This document shows positions 1 through 9,074 of a DNA stretch of 64,000 nucleotides, piece by piece (position 1 is the stretch's first letter; every line of letters starts with the position of its first letter). The position numbers and the translations under genes were made by a program. The stretch comes from Kiritimatiellia bacterium (GTDB lineage: Bacteria; Verrucomicrobiota; Kiritimatiellia; JAAZAB01), in assembly GCA_040767085.1 (NCBI GenBank), contig JAXGPF010000008.1:64001-128000 (forward strand), read 5' to 3'. The notes beneath the pieces were generated by a model. The model was not told the DNA's origin. It saw only the letters and a list, made by a program, of their open reading frames with translations, and searched no databases.

Positions 1-794
1 ATGACCCGGCGGGCGTCCGGACGGAATCCCAAGAAGACCGCCTGCCCGGCGATGCCCAGCGCCGCGGCCTGCTGTTTTAACGGTTCCAGGTGGCTGCCGT
101 CGCCGACAATCCACAATTGCCAGTCGCGGCGTTGCCGGCGCGCGAGGGCCTGCATGGCGTCGGCATGGCCCTTGTGCGGCTCCAGGCGGCCGACGATGCC
201 GATGATCCTGGTTTCCGGGCCGGCATGGTGTTCGGCGCGCAGGGCGGCCAGCCACGCCGGGTCAGCCGGCGGCATATCGTCCAGCATGATGCCGTGGTAA
301 AGCACCTGGATCGCGTCGGCGGGGATATGCCGCTGGCGGATACAGAATTGCCGGGTGGATTCGGAAACCGCGAGCGCGTAACGGGTGCGCGGCCCCAGGA
401 GGCGCTCCACCGGCCGCTGGTACCAGGGCACGCGCCCGTAATTGCAGCGTTCGTGCACGATCGCCGGCAGGCGCAGCCAGTGTCCGGCCAGCCGGCCCCA
501 GGTGCAGGCGCCGTAACCGTGGGCGTGAATGATGTCCACGCGTTCGCGGCGCAGCAGCCGGAGCAGGGCCGTCAGGTTGCGCGGATCCATCTTGCCGTAT
601 CCCAGAAAGAGCGGCTCGATGCCCGCGGTCCGCATTTGTTCCGCGGCCTTGTCCGGCCCCTTGCGGCTGCATAAAAGCACGCGGAACCGTGTTTGATCGA
701 AGGCCGGCAGCCACCATTGAAAGGCGCGCGCCACGCCGTGCAGCGAAGCTTCCTTGCCGCCGAAATGCTCGCAGAGTTGGAGGACGGTGATCAC
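1..794 (-). CDS. Glycosyltransferase family 4 (GT-B fold); 3' end runs off the window
   Basis: Read manually (absent from the ORF track because it has no stop in the window). GTG at 794 overlaps the upstream stop (GTGA). Translation MITVLQLCEHFGG...DIIHAHG...IVHERCN...AVSES...IGIVGRLESHKGH...LWIVGDG...VFLGFRPD carries typical GT4 motifs. Confidence 0.85.
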   Translation of the reverse strand, partial: MITVLQLCEHFGGKEASLHGVARAFQWWLPAFDQTRFRVLLCSRKGPDKAAEQMRTAGIEPLFLGYGKMDPRNLTALLRLLRRERVDIIHAHGYGACTWGRLAGHWLRLPAIVHERCNYGRVPWYQRPVERLLGPRTRYALAVSESTRQFCIRQRHIPADAIQVLYHGIMLDDMPPADPAWLAALRAEHHAGPETRIIGIVGRLEPHKGHADAMQALARRQRRDWQLWIVGDGSHLEPLKQQAAALGIAGQAVFLGFRPDARRV

Positions 795-1180
795 AAGAGG
801 ATGTCTTTGGTCAAGGCGCGCGCGCGTTCGATATCCTCGCAGGAAATGGCGACGATCCCCGTCGCGCCTTCGCGGCGGATCAGGCGGGCGGAACGCATAT
901 TAATGCCGGCTTCGCTAAAGCGTCGGGCGATTTGCGCCAGCGCGCCCGGCCGATCCGCCACTTTCACGAGGATGGTCTCCTCTGTGACGGCGTGAAACCC
1001 GGCATTGGCCAGGGCGCGCAGGGCGGCGTCGCATTGATCCACGGCCATGGTGATGACCGCGGTCTCGCCGATGCATTCGGAATCAATGGATTCGATGTTA
1101 ACATTGGCCGCCGCCATTTTTTCGGCGACGTCGGCCAGCAGGCCGGCGTGGTCCTTGGCGATGATGGTGATTTGTTTCAT
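791..1180 (-). CDS. Tandem ACT-domain protein
   Basis: Two ACT-like repeats (KDHAGLLADVAEKMAAANVNIESI and ADRPGALAQIARRFSEAGINMRS). ATG at 1180 overlaps the hdc stop (ATGA). Confidence 0.85.
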   Translation of the reverse strand: MKQITIIAKDHAGLLADVAEKMAAANVNIESIDSECIGETAVITMAVDQCDAALRALANAGFHAVTEETILVKVADRPGALAQIARRFSEAGINMRSARLIRREGATGIVAISCEDIERARALTKDILL

Positions 1181-2304
1181 GACATTGTGCTCTGTAAATC
1201 CCCGCAAATGCGGTCCACCATGGCCGGGGTTACATGCGGCATGGTGATGATGTGCGCGCTCTCATGCTGCACGGCCAATTGCCAGCGTTGGATGAAATCC
1301 ATGGGCGGGCGTGGAAAGACCACGGTGATGGAATGGGGGTGCCGCCAGGCCGGCACGCCCATGGCCTGGAATTGTTCCACGGCATAAGCGGCGACGCGCA
1401 GGCAGGCGTCAATGCGCGCCCGGAAACCCGCCCGGCCTAAGGCGCGGAACTGACACCAGAGAAACAGCGGCGTGATGCCGTTGCGCGAGCCGCTGACAGT
1501 GGTGTCCATGGTACCGATGTATTCAATGTTCCGGGAAATCCGGTCCACCAACTCCTTGCGGGCCATGACAATGCCGCAGGGAATTGGCGAACCGATCATC
1601 TTGTGGCCGCTGACGGAGAGACTGTTGATGCCGGCGCGGAAATCGAAGGGCGGGGGATCGTCCACGAACGGCAGGATCATGCCGCTCAAAGCCGCGTCGG
1701 CGTGGATGTAATATTCCTTGATGGCCAGGTTGCGCAGGATGTCGTTGATGCCCGCCAGGTCGTCCACCGCGCCCTTCATGGTGGTGCCGATATTGGCGAA
1801 AATGATCGGGGGCACGTCCCGGTGAATTTTAAGCGACTCCCGCAAATCCTCCAGGTCCATGCGCCCGTCCGGCTGGCTGCGGATCATGACATTGCGCACG
1901 TGCAACATGCGCAAAACCTTACTGACGGAGTAATGCGTGTCTTCCGAGTAATAGACAATGCCTTCGGGATAAACCTCGCGCGCCAGGTAAATGCCGTATA
2001 AATTGCCTTCCGTGCCGCCATTGGTGACATAGCCCCAGATTTTACCTGGCGGCGCATGCACCATCTGCCCGTAGATTTCCAGCACTTCCCGTTCGAACCG
2101 TTGCGTGTTGAGATGATAATTGCTCGCCATGAACGGATCGCCGACATTGTTGATCGGGAAGGCGAGAAACCGGAAGAGCGGGGTGTAATCGAAGTCGGCA
2201 TTGCAAGGGTAGCCGGCAAAACACTGCCGGGCGGTTTGCAAGTCCGCGAACAGGCGGTCCAATTCAACGTGGTCCGCGGCGGATATATTGGGCTGATGCT
2301 GCAT
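1177..2304 (-). CDS. hdc: PLP-dependent histidine decarboxylase (group II decarboxylase)
   Basis: Motifs GYPCNADFDY, INNVGDPF, WGYVTNGGTEGNLYG, HADAALSG, SVSGHKMIGSPIPCG (PLP lysine), SGSRNG. Confidence 0.85.
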   Translation of the reverse strand: MQHQPNISAADHVELDRLFADLQTARQCFAGYPCNADFDYTPLFRFLAFPINNVGDPFMASNYHLNTQRFEREVLEIYGQMVHAPPGKIWGYVTNGGTEGNLYGIYLAREVYPEGIVYYSEDTHYSVSKVLRMLHVRNVMIRSQPDGRMDLEDLRESLKIHRDVPPIIFANIGTTMKGAVDDLAGINDILRNLAIKEYYIHADAALSGMILPFVDDPPPFDFRAGINSLSVSGHKMIGSPIPCGIVMARKELVDRISRNIEYIGTMDTTVSGSRNGITPLFLWCQFRALGRAGFRARIDACLRVAAYAVEQFQAMGVPAWRHPHSITVVFPRPPMDFIQRWQLAVQHESAHIITMPHVTPAMVDRICGDLQSTMS

Positions 2305-2383
2305 GTTTGCGCCTTGGGGTGAAAATTGTCAAAGTATGCCGGAAAGCCGCCGATGGTTCAAGGCAAAAACTGCGGTTTTCTGC

Positions 2384-2412
2384 TTGACGTCCCTGATAAA
2401 TGGGCGGATACT
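2384..2412 (+). promoter_or_regulatory. Putative sigma70 promoter upstream of the Flp pilin gene
   Basis: TTGACG-N17-GATACT. Confidence 0.4.
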
Positions 2413-2509
2413 TTACCCAAAAAGTTGAAATGACGTTTTTTGGTTTATGCGGGTGTTTGATATTGGACAATTAAATTTGCCGGAAGACGGCACTGGCAGG
2501 GAGGCGTAA

Positions 2510-2734
2510 ATGAAAGCTGGACGTTATCGGCGGTCCGGTCAGTCCATGACGGAGTACATCATCATTGTGGCCGTGATTGCGTTGGCGGCGCTGGCCGTGT
2601 TCGGTCTGTTCGGCGACCGGATTCGCGCCATGGTCGGCGGCGCGGTGGTGGATCTGGGCGGCGATGAAGGCGAAGTCGAAGAGGCTACCGAGGTTGAATC
2701 CACCGAGTACTTGAAGACCCTGGGTACAGACTAA
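2510..2734 (+). CDS. Flp/Tad-type (type IVc) prepilin
   Basis: 74 aa; basic leader, G|QSMTEY, hydrophobic helix; GGAGG RBS upstream. Confidence 0.85.
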   Translation: MKAGRYRRSGQSMTEYIIIVAVIALAALAVFGLFGDRIRAMVGGAVVDLGGDEGEVEEATEVESTEYLKTLGTD

Positions 2735-3074
2735 TGCTGAATTGTGAATAATCAGACAAGGCGGCCTGCGGCCACAATCTGCCGTCGCAAAAGCTATGGC
2801 AGACGCAGTCCGGCAGTGGCCGGGCCGCGTCGAAAGTTTGCCGCCCTCCGGTGTGGCGGTGCAAGCCACAAGTGAAAGTGTAGTTTGATCCGGAACCAAT
2901 CCGAAATCATCCGCCCGTCTCTGCCGGACTGGCTGCATCCGGTTGCTGCTGGACAAGCTTTCACATGTCGCCTGCACCTGCACCGTGCCTAAGGTTTATC
3001 ATTCAACCTTCATAATTCATAATTAATTTGAAATGGCACGCCATGGGCGGTAACGCCCCGGCGTGCCATTGCCT

Positions 3075-3635
3075 ATGGACATGACGCCCAATGTGCTCAA
3101 GCGGGCCGGATGCAGCGGCCAATCGCTGGTGGAATCCTGCGTGGTGATCGGGATCATCTGCCTTTTTCTCATGGGCTTGTTTCAGTTGTCCCAGCTTTAC
3201 ATGGCGCGCGAGAGCCTGATGTATGCCGCCGGCCGCGGCGCGCGCGCCCGCACGGTGGGATTCAACGATTTCATGGTGCATAAAACCGTGCGCGTGGCCG
3301 CCATTCCCGCTGCCGGCCGCATGCTGGACCGGCCGGACACCGTCAACAGCCCGTCCGCGCAGCGCAATTTCGAGCGCGCCCGTATTCCGCTCTATCTTGC
3401 CGAGGGACATTATGGGCGTTTGTCCGCCATCCTGGATTATACCAACTGGACGGAACTCGGCCACAGTGTGATTGACCTGGGCGGGCCGCAGTTGGATTGC
3501 CGCGTGCGGCTGGATTTCCCGGTCCAAACCCCGGTCTTCCGGGCCTTTTACCGCGGTGAGACCGTGCCGTTATCCGGCAGCGCGACGCTGGAAAATCATT
3601 ACCCGCTGTATTTGCGGGATATGGATGCGCCGTGA
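3075..3635 (+). CDS. TadE-like pseudopilin
   Basis: G|QSLVE plus hydrophobic helix, then YAAGRGARA. Start uncertain (3063/3075/3081). Confidence 0.75.
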   Translation: MDMTPNVLKRAGCSGQSLVESCVVIGIICLFLMGLFQLSQLYMARESLMYAAGRGARARTVGFNDFMVHKTVRVAAIPAAGRMLDRPDTVNSPSAQRNFERARIPLYLAEGHYGRLSAILDYTNWTELGHSVIDLGGPQLDCRVRLDFPVQTPVFRAFYRGETVPLSGSATLENHYPLYLRDMDAP

Positions 3636-3780
3636 GATGCGCCTCCCCGCCGGCGCCGGCGCGCAAGGCGCGGCTCGCGCTGGCGGCGCAGCGCGCCCTG
3701 CCGTAGGGTTGTGAGTGCAAGCTCGTGTTAGAGTTTGAAGGTTTTAAGGTTTTACGCAAGAATACCGAACGCTGAACACC

Positions 3781-5229
3781 ATGTCGGACCGTCATTCCAG
3801 TCAAATCCCGCCGCCTGCCGCCGCGCATGCGCCGGCCAAAAGCGGGCAGGTGCTGGTGTTCCTGCTGATGGCGCTGGTGATCATCACCATGGTCATCCTC
3901 TGGCATGTGGATTTGAATGCCATCCTGCATTTGAAATCCCGGACGCAGAATGCCGGCGATGCCGCGGCCCTGGCCGCCGCGCGCTGGCAAGGCCTCACGC
4001 TGAACCTGGTCGGCGACTTGAACATCATGCAGGCCCTGGCCTTGTCGGGCGGCGACACGAATGCCGCCGGGCAGATCGCGGAAATGCAGGCGCGGTTGCG
4101 TTACATGGGGCCGCTGGTGGGGCTGGCGGCGGCGCAGCAGGCCGCCAAGCATAACGGCATTTTTGTCAACGCCGCGTTCAGCGCCGCCCTGCAGGAACAT
4201 GCGGATGAAGTCCGCGCAGTTTACATGGATGCCGCCGGCGGTTTCGCCGAGCCCTGGCCCGGCTGCTGGGACGCCTATGCCGGCGTCCTGGAGGCGCTGG
4301 CCGGGGAAGGCCTGGCGGCGGCGCCGGACAATACCCGGCGGTACAACGACTACAATGGCGATCATGTGCTGCTGGACCCCAGTTTTTACGACGCCATCGC
4401 GGGCCAGGATTGGTGCTGGTTCAAGTGGTATAACCTGGCTTTGCTGCGGTTTTACACGGACTACACTTATTGGCCGGCGCTGCCGCCGCGCGTCCCGCCG
4501 GAAACGCCGGCGGACAGCGAAATCTTCGGATTGGGATTGAGCGCGGTGCAGGCCGTGTTGCCCGGCGGCGCCGCCATGCTCACCAATCTGAACGAACTGG
4601 TTGACGAGCGCGATTTAAGTTCCGCGTCGGTCACTACGGCGGCGCTGGCCTTTGCCGCCACCTGGACGACCTATGATCTCGCCCGGTGGACGGCCTGGAC
4701 GGCCCTGGCGGCATCCAATAACTTTCCCATCCGTCCGCTGGCCCCCCGCCCGGAATACGATTATGCCGGCGCGGATGCCGTGGCGCGGGTGGTTGCGGAA
4801 ACGGCGCGCCTCACCCCGCGCGCCGGCGCCAGCGCGGTCAATTGGACCGCCGCCGCCAAGCCGTTCGGCTACCTGGAGACGGCGGACGGGCCGGAACGGC
4901 CGGACTACGCCGGCCTGGTCCTGCCGGCTTTTCATCATGTCCGGCTGGTGCCCGCGGATGCCGCGTCCGGCCCGGCCGGCGGCGCCTATGACATGGCCTG
5001 GCGGGAACATATTACAGTGCATCTGCCGGCTTACATCCGCGACGGGCTGCGGGGCCTGGACGCGGATTGCTGGTATTGCCGGCAATTGGAGCAGTGGGAA
5101 GACGACGACTTCCGCGAGGACGGCCTCGATTGGCTGGAAGAACGGGATGAAGACGGCGAATTGCTCCACCCCTGTTATACGGTTACCGGGCCCGGCGGGC
5201 CGGGCGGCGGCACGCGGCGGGGGCATTGA
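3781..5229 (+). CDS. TadG-like pilus assembly protein with an extended C-terminal domain
   Basis: G|QVLVFLL helix followed by KSRTQNAGDAAALAAAR, the Tad N-terminal motif. Confidence 0.75.
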   Translation: MSDRHSSQIPPPAAAHAPAKSGQVLVFLLMALVIITMVILWHVDLNAILHLKSRTQNAGDAAALAAARWQGLTLNLVGDLNIMQALALSGGDTNAAGQIAEMQARLRYMGPLVGLAAAQQAAKHNGIFVNAAFSAALQEHADEVRAVYMDAAGGFAEPWPGCWDAYAGVLEALAGEGLAAAPDNTRRYNDYNGDHVLLDPSFYDAIAGQDWCWFKWYNLALLRFYTDYTYWPALPPRVPPETPADSEIFGLGLSAVQAVLPGGAAMLTNLNELVDERDLSSASVTTAALAFAATWTTYDLARWTAWTALAASNNFPIRPLAPRPEYDYAGADAVARVVAETARLTPRAGASAVNWTAAAKPFGYLETADGPERPDYAGLVLPAFHHVRLVPADAASGPAGGAYDMAWREHITVHLPAYIRDGLRGLDADCWYCRQLEQWEDDDFREDGLDWLEERDEDGELLHPCYTVTGPGGPGGGTRRGH

Positions 5230-5289
5230 AACACTGATGAAGTCTGCAACCCAATTGGGAGCCGGAGCGCCCACCGCCCCGGAAATCAT

Positions 5290-5811
5290 ATGATGCAAAC
5301 CAGCAAAAGGCATGCCGGCCAGGCGATGGTGGAACTGGCGGTGGGGCTGGTGGCCATGATAGTGCTGCTGGGAGCGCTGATTCAGATTGGCCGGCTGGTG
5401 CAGGCGCGTTCGCGCACCATGATGGAAGCGCGGGCCGCCGCCGGCGCGCTGGGCCTGGCGGCCACCAATGTGGCGGGAGCGCTGGGCGGCGATTATATAT
5501 ATAACTGGCATGCCGGCCGCGACGGCCGCGCTTACACCCGGGACGATGTGCCCCTGGCCGCCACCGGCGCCGCGGCGGCCGTGCAGGCGGCAGTGGCCGC
5601 TTCGGGCATGGCGGGCGTGCCCGCGCCGCCGGCCAATCCGTTCAACGGCCTGGCGGCGGGCGTCCATCCGGCGCAGGATTTCGCCCTGGTTCACGGCGCG
5701 GAATCCGAATCCGTGGAGGTGCTGCCGGTGGTCCGCCAGCTGGTTTATAATGATGATGCTATCGCCGTTTCCAGCAGCGCCTGGCTGGTCTGGATGGAGG
5801 GGATTTATTGA
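5290..5811 (+). CDS. TadE/TadF-like pseudopilin
   Basis: G|QAMVE plus hydrophobic helix. Confidence 0.75.
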   Translation: MMQTSKRHAGQAMVELAVGLVAMIVLLGALIQIGRLVQARSRTMMEARAAAGALGLAATNVAGALGGDYIYNWHAGRDGRAYTRDDVPLAATGAAAAVQAAVAASGMAGVPAPPANPFNGLAAGVHPAQDFALVHGAESESVEVLPVVRQLVYNDDAIAVSSSAWLVWMEGIY

Positions 5812-6045
5812 CGCGGATGATGCCCGCAATCCGGGCTAACCTCAGATTGTCGAATGATGATCTCCGAATAATGAAGGGGCGGGCATTTGTTGACTTTGAT
5901 ATTCTGCGGTTTATCATTTGTCAATTTGCGGTTAAACTTTGGGCATGGTTCAAAAACATGCCTTTTTGGGTAACAGAAGGCAGTATACGCCTGTCACGCA
6001 TGAATGCGCAAGAATTTGATCGGACTTGGGCGGGATTATGGTCGT

Positions 6046-7539
6046 TCAAGCCGCGCGCTTGAACATTTCAAACCCCAGCAATTCCAGCCAGTGCGGATGA
6101 GTTTTGCCGGATAGTAATTCGGCGGGACTTTTATCAACGCGCTCGGGATGTTCACTGCGCAGGAATCGCCGATGGTTGAAGAAGAAACGGAGTAGGTCCA
6201 GATAGCCGTTTCCGATCTGGCGGCGCAGGAAAAAGTAGCGCCGGAGACGGCTGTTGATGTTCTCAATAATGGAGCTGGCGCGGACAACGCCGGCGATGAT
6301 TTTCCGGACGCTTTGCTCCGCGGCGCCTGATTGTTCATCTGATTGTTCACACGGAATATCATCAGCAATGTGGTCCTGGTCGGACGCGCGTTCCTTGATG
6401 CGCTGATTAAAGAGCCGGCGCATATCGGATGGATCCAAGTTGAGTTCGTTGGCGGATGCAATGAGCCTATCGTCTATTTCCTGCGCAAAGGCCAGGAGCA
6501 GGTCGCGTTGGTTTTCCAACATGACACGCACCGGCTGGATTCTGTGCGGACGCAGATGTTCTCTTTGCCGCAACGATTCAATCACGAAATCCAACAGTTG
6601 CCGGCGGGTGTCAACGTTGCCGCCCGCCAGAGAAAGAATATCGTTGCGCAGCCATCCGGCCAAGGTGCTTATATCATCGGCCAGATTGATAGCCGCGGCT
6701 TCGGCCTGACCGGCCACGGCGAGACGTTTCGAGTATTTGTTGCCATTGCCTTTTCTTTTTGCTTTGGTCATTTTTGCCTCCGTTTTTTCGAGAGCCGACA
6801 TTGCGCCGAATGCGCGATTCTCCAGATATACCGTCAGTCGCCCCATATCCAAGAGTGCGTGAAACACATCTCCCCGGCATGGAATATCCGGCCATGCCAG
6901 CGTTTGCCCGGCTCGGAGTCCCAAGCCGCCGTCGGCAACAGTGTAATCCGGCTGAAGGCCTTTGTCGCCGAGCTCCATCAGCCGCAATGCCCATGTGTCG
7001 CCATCGCGCGAGTTTTCCAGACTCAAAAGATAGCAATATGTGGAATCAGCGTCCGCGCCGACCAATACCGGCTGCCGCGCCTGGAATATTTCATCATGGG
7101 CGCCGACTCTGACAGACTCCAAACGCTCGTTGGCGTTAACGGTTTTAGCTTTGCCAACGGCATCCATAAGCGTGTTATGCACGGAGCCAATGGAAATATC
7201 GAAGTCCAGCAGGTCGCGCATGAACTCCACCACGCCCCGGAATGAGCTGTGACAGATTAAAACCAGACCGAGAACGGCTTTACGGAGCCATGCCTTTGTC
7301 ACCGGCAGATAAAACAAGACCTCCTCGTCGGGGAATTTGTCGTCGAACGCTTGGTCTAAAATATTGTTCGCTTTTGCCGATTGCCGATACACAAACTTCC
7401 GGCTGACACCGCTGGCGGCGGCCAGCCGTGAGACCGGTGTTTTCCGCGACAACGCCGCGACAGCCAATGCCTGGCGCGCGCGCGGCGGCAGATTTTTTGC
7501 GGAAGACGGACAATCTCTTGACGCAGTCAACATGGGCAT
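6046..7539 (-). CDS. DDE transposase (Mutator-like)
   Basis: N-terminal HTH (VSRLAAASGVSRKFVY). Candidate catalytic motifs AHDEIF, VADGGLGL, GDVFH (C/DxxH signature) and SSIIENINSRLR. Lies inside the TIR/TSD. Confidence 0.8.
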   Translation of the reverse strand: MPMLTASRDCPSSAKNLPPRARQALAVAALSRKTPVSRLAAASGVSRKFVYRQSAKANNILDQAFDDKFPDEEVLFYLPVTKAWLRKAVLGLVLICHSSFRGVVEFMRDLLDFDISIGSVHNTLMDAVGKAKTVNANERLESVRVGAHDEIFQARQPVLVGADADSTYCYLLSLENSRDGDTWALRLMELGDKGLQPDYTVADGGLGLRAGQTLAWPDIPCRGDVFHALLDMGRLTVYLENRAFGAMSALEKTEAKMTKAKRKGNGNKYSKRLAVAGQAEAAAINLADDISTLAGWLRNDILSLAGGNVDTRRQLLDFVIESLRQREHLRPHRIQPVRVMLENQRDLLLAFAQEIDDRLIASANELNLDPSDMRRLFNQRIKERASDQDHIADDIPCEQSDEQSGAAEQSVRKIIAGVVRASSIIENINSRLRRYFFLRRQIGNGYLDLLRFFFNHRRFLRSEHPERVDKSPAELLSGKTHPHWLELLGFEMFKRAA

Positions 7540-7545
7540 GTCTCC

Positions 7546-7908
7546 TCAAGCGTGTGATTTGCGCCGTTGGCGCGATTTAGTTTTCACGGCAATTCCGCGA
7601 CGGAACTTTTTCAGATTGGAATCTGAAATCCTCTGAACAAGTTTTTTCAACTTCCGATAATCCTCCGCCGCCCGGCGGGCTTCCGCTTCCATGCTTTTCG
7701 GCACGTGCAGCCCCATGCTCCGGCCTTTGTGCTTGTAGGTGAAAGTCAAAGCGGTATGGCGGAACCGAGAATTTTTAGCGCAGCGGCATGTGGGTTTGCC
7801 GCACTGGACACGGGTTTTGCAAAGCGAGGCTTTGATAAGGCCCTGGCAGGATGCCAGCGCCATGGCGCGGGATTTTGGTTTCGATTCGGCGATGCGTGTA
7901 GCGGACAT
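7546..7908 (-). CDS. Small basic IS accessory protein (DUF6788-like)
   Basis: CGKPTCRC...H motif; very basic; directly upstream of the transposase inside the IS. Confidence 0.7.
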   Translation of the reverse strand: MSATRIAESKPKSRAMALASCQGLIKASLCKTRVQCGKPTCRCAKNSRFRHTALTFTYKHKGRSMGLHVPKSMEAEARRAAEDYRKLKKLVQRISDSNLKKFRRGIAVKTKSRQRRKSHA

Positions 7909-8340
7909 GGGGCAACTCCTTTCTGATTAGATTATTACAACAAGACACAAGATACAAAAAAAACGCCGCGGCGTCAACATTTTTCTAAAAAAATATTAAA
8001 TTTTTCTTCTTGTCGTAACCGATTGAATATCAACGAATTACCCCCCCCCGGTTTTCCGCGTTTTTTTTACTTGACAGCGGACGTCCAATGCGGCTATTCT
8101 TACGCCAGTTTTTTGGGGGAATTGTCTTTCAAAAAAACAGGTTGGAGAAACGCGGGGGTTCGGGGGAATGGCGGCAGCGCTCCCGGCGGAGCTTGGCAGT
8201 CCACAGCCTGAACAACCCGCATAAACGAATGGTGATTTTGCGGGAAACACCGGACGATTTTACCGGAAAAGTGTTACCCGAAAATGAACCAGGCCAAACT
8301 TTGCTTGTTTTTATGGCAGTGCTTCAGGGATAAGGCGCAA

Positions 8341-9066
8341 ATGCAACGGGGCCGGATATTTTTAATCTGCCTGCTGGGCATGGGGCTGGTTGCCGGGCCG
8401 GCGGCCAGCCGCGTGTTCTGGCGGCGCACCGCATCCGGCCCGGCGGTTTTGGATAGCCTGCCGGGCTGGCGGACGGTGTATCGGGCGGATGTCCGCATCA
8501 ACGGCCGGCCCGGCGCGCTGCATATTGCCGCCTGCGATGAGGCGGCGCCGGCGGCGGCGGAACGGTTGCGCGGCGCCTGGCGCGGCGGCGCTCCAGCGTT
8601 CCAGCAGGGCGCGGGCATCAGCACGGGAACGGCCCGCGCCGCCGGCCGGGTCAGTCGTTTTTTGTTGCTGGAAATGCCGAATACGGCTACAACTTTGGTC
8701 TTTGTGCTGGAGCAGTCGGAGGAAGATTACCGCGCATCGCTCGCGCCGCCGGGCGCCGCCGGCCTGGCCGGCTGGCCGGTGTACCCCGGCAGCCTGCCGC
8801 GGCTGCGGGTGGAGAATGGGGCGACGGGGGCGGGTCTGGCCGTCATGACGGCGGGCGCCAGCGCGGCGGCGGCGGCGGACTTTTACCGGGAGGCGCTCGC
8901 GGCGCGCGGCTTCCAGCCGTTGTTGCCCGAGCCGTCCGGCGGGCGGGATCGAAGTTTGCTGATTTACGGCAAGGGGCGGGCGCTGTGTTGCGTGCTGGCC
9001 AGTGAAGGCGGCGGGCCGGCGCAAAGCACCATAACTTTATTGTGCAGAAACCTGGAGATGGATTGA
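8341..9066 (+). CDS. Hypothetical exported protein
   Basis: Signal-peptide-like N-terminus MQRGRIFLICLLGMGLVAGPAAS. The ORF-track start at 8284 lies inside the IS end. Confidence 0.65.
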   Translation: MQRGRIFLICLLGMGLVAGPAASRVFWRRTASGPAVLDSLPGWRTVYRADVRINGRPGALHIAACDEAAPAAAERLRGAWRGGAPAFQQGAGISTGTARAAGRVSRFLLLEMPNTATTLVFVLEQSEEDYRASLAPPGAAGLAGWPVYPGSLPRLRVENGATGAGLAVMTAGASAAAAADFYREALAARGFQPLLPEPSGGRDRSLLIYGKGRALCCVLASEGGGPAQSTITLLCRNLEMD

Positions 9067-9074
9067 CGCTGGCA

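Larger units (their letters stand above)
5942..8295 (-). mobile_element. Complete IS (~2.35 kb), Mutator-like (IS256/ISH6/ISLre2/ISKra4 group), two ORFs
   Basis: TIR GGCATGGTTCA (5942) and TGAACCAGGCC (ending 8295) match 10/11. Sub-terminal IR GGGTAACA (5968) / TGTTACCC (8272-8279). Exact 8-bp TSD AAACTTTG at 5934-5941 and 8296-8303. Lower GC than the flanks. Confidence 0.85.

Noticed and set aside
8284-8340. N-terminal extension of the 260-aa ORF
   Set aside because: This start lies inside the IS terminal repeat. ATG 8341 gives a clean signal peptide.
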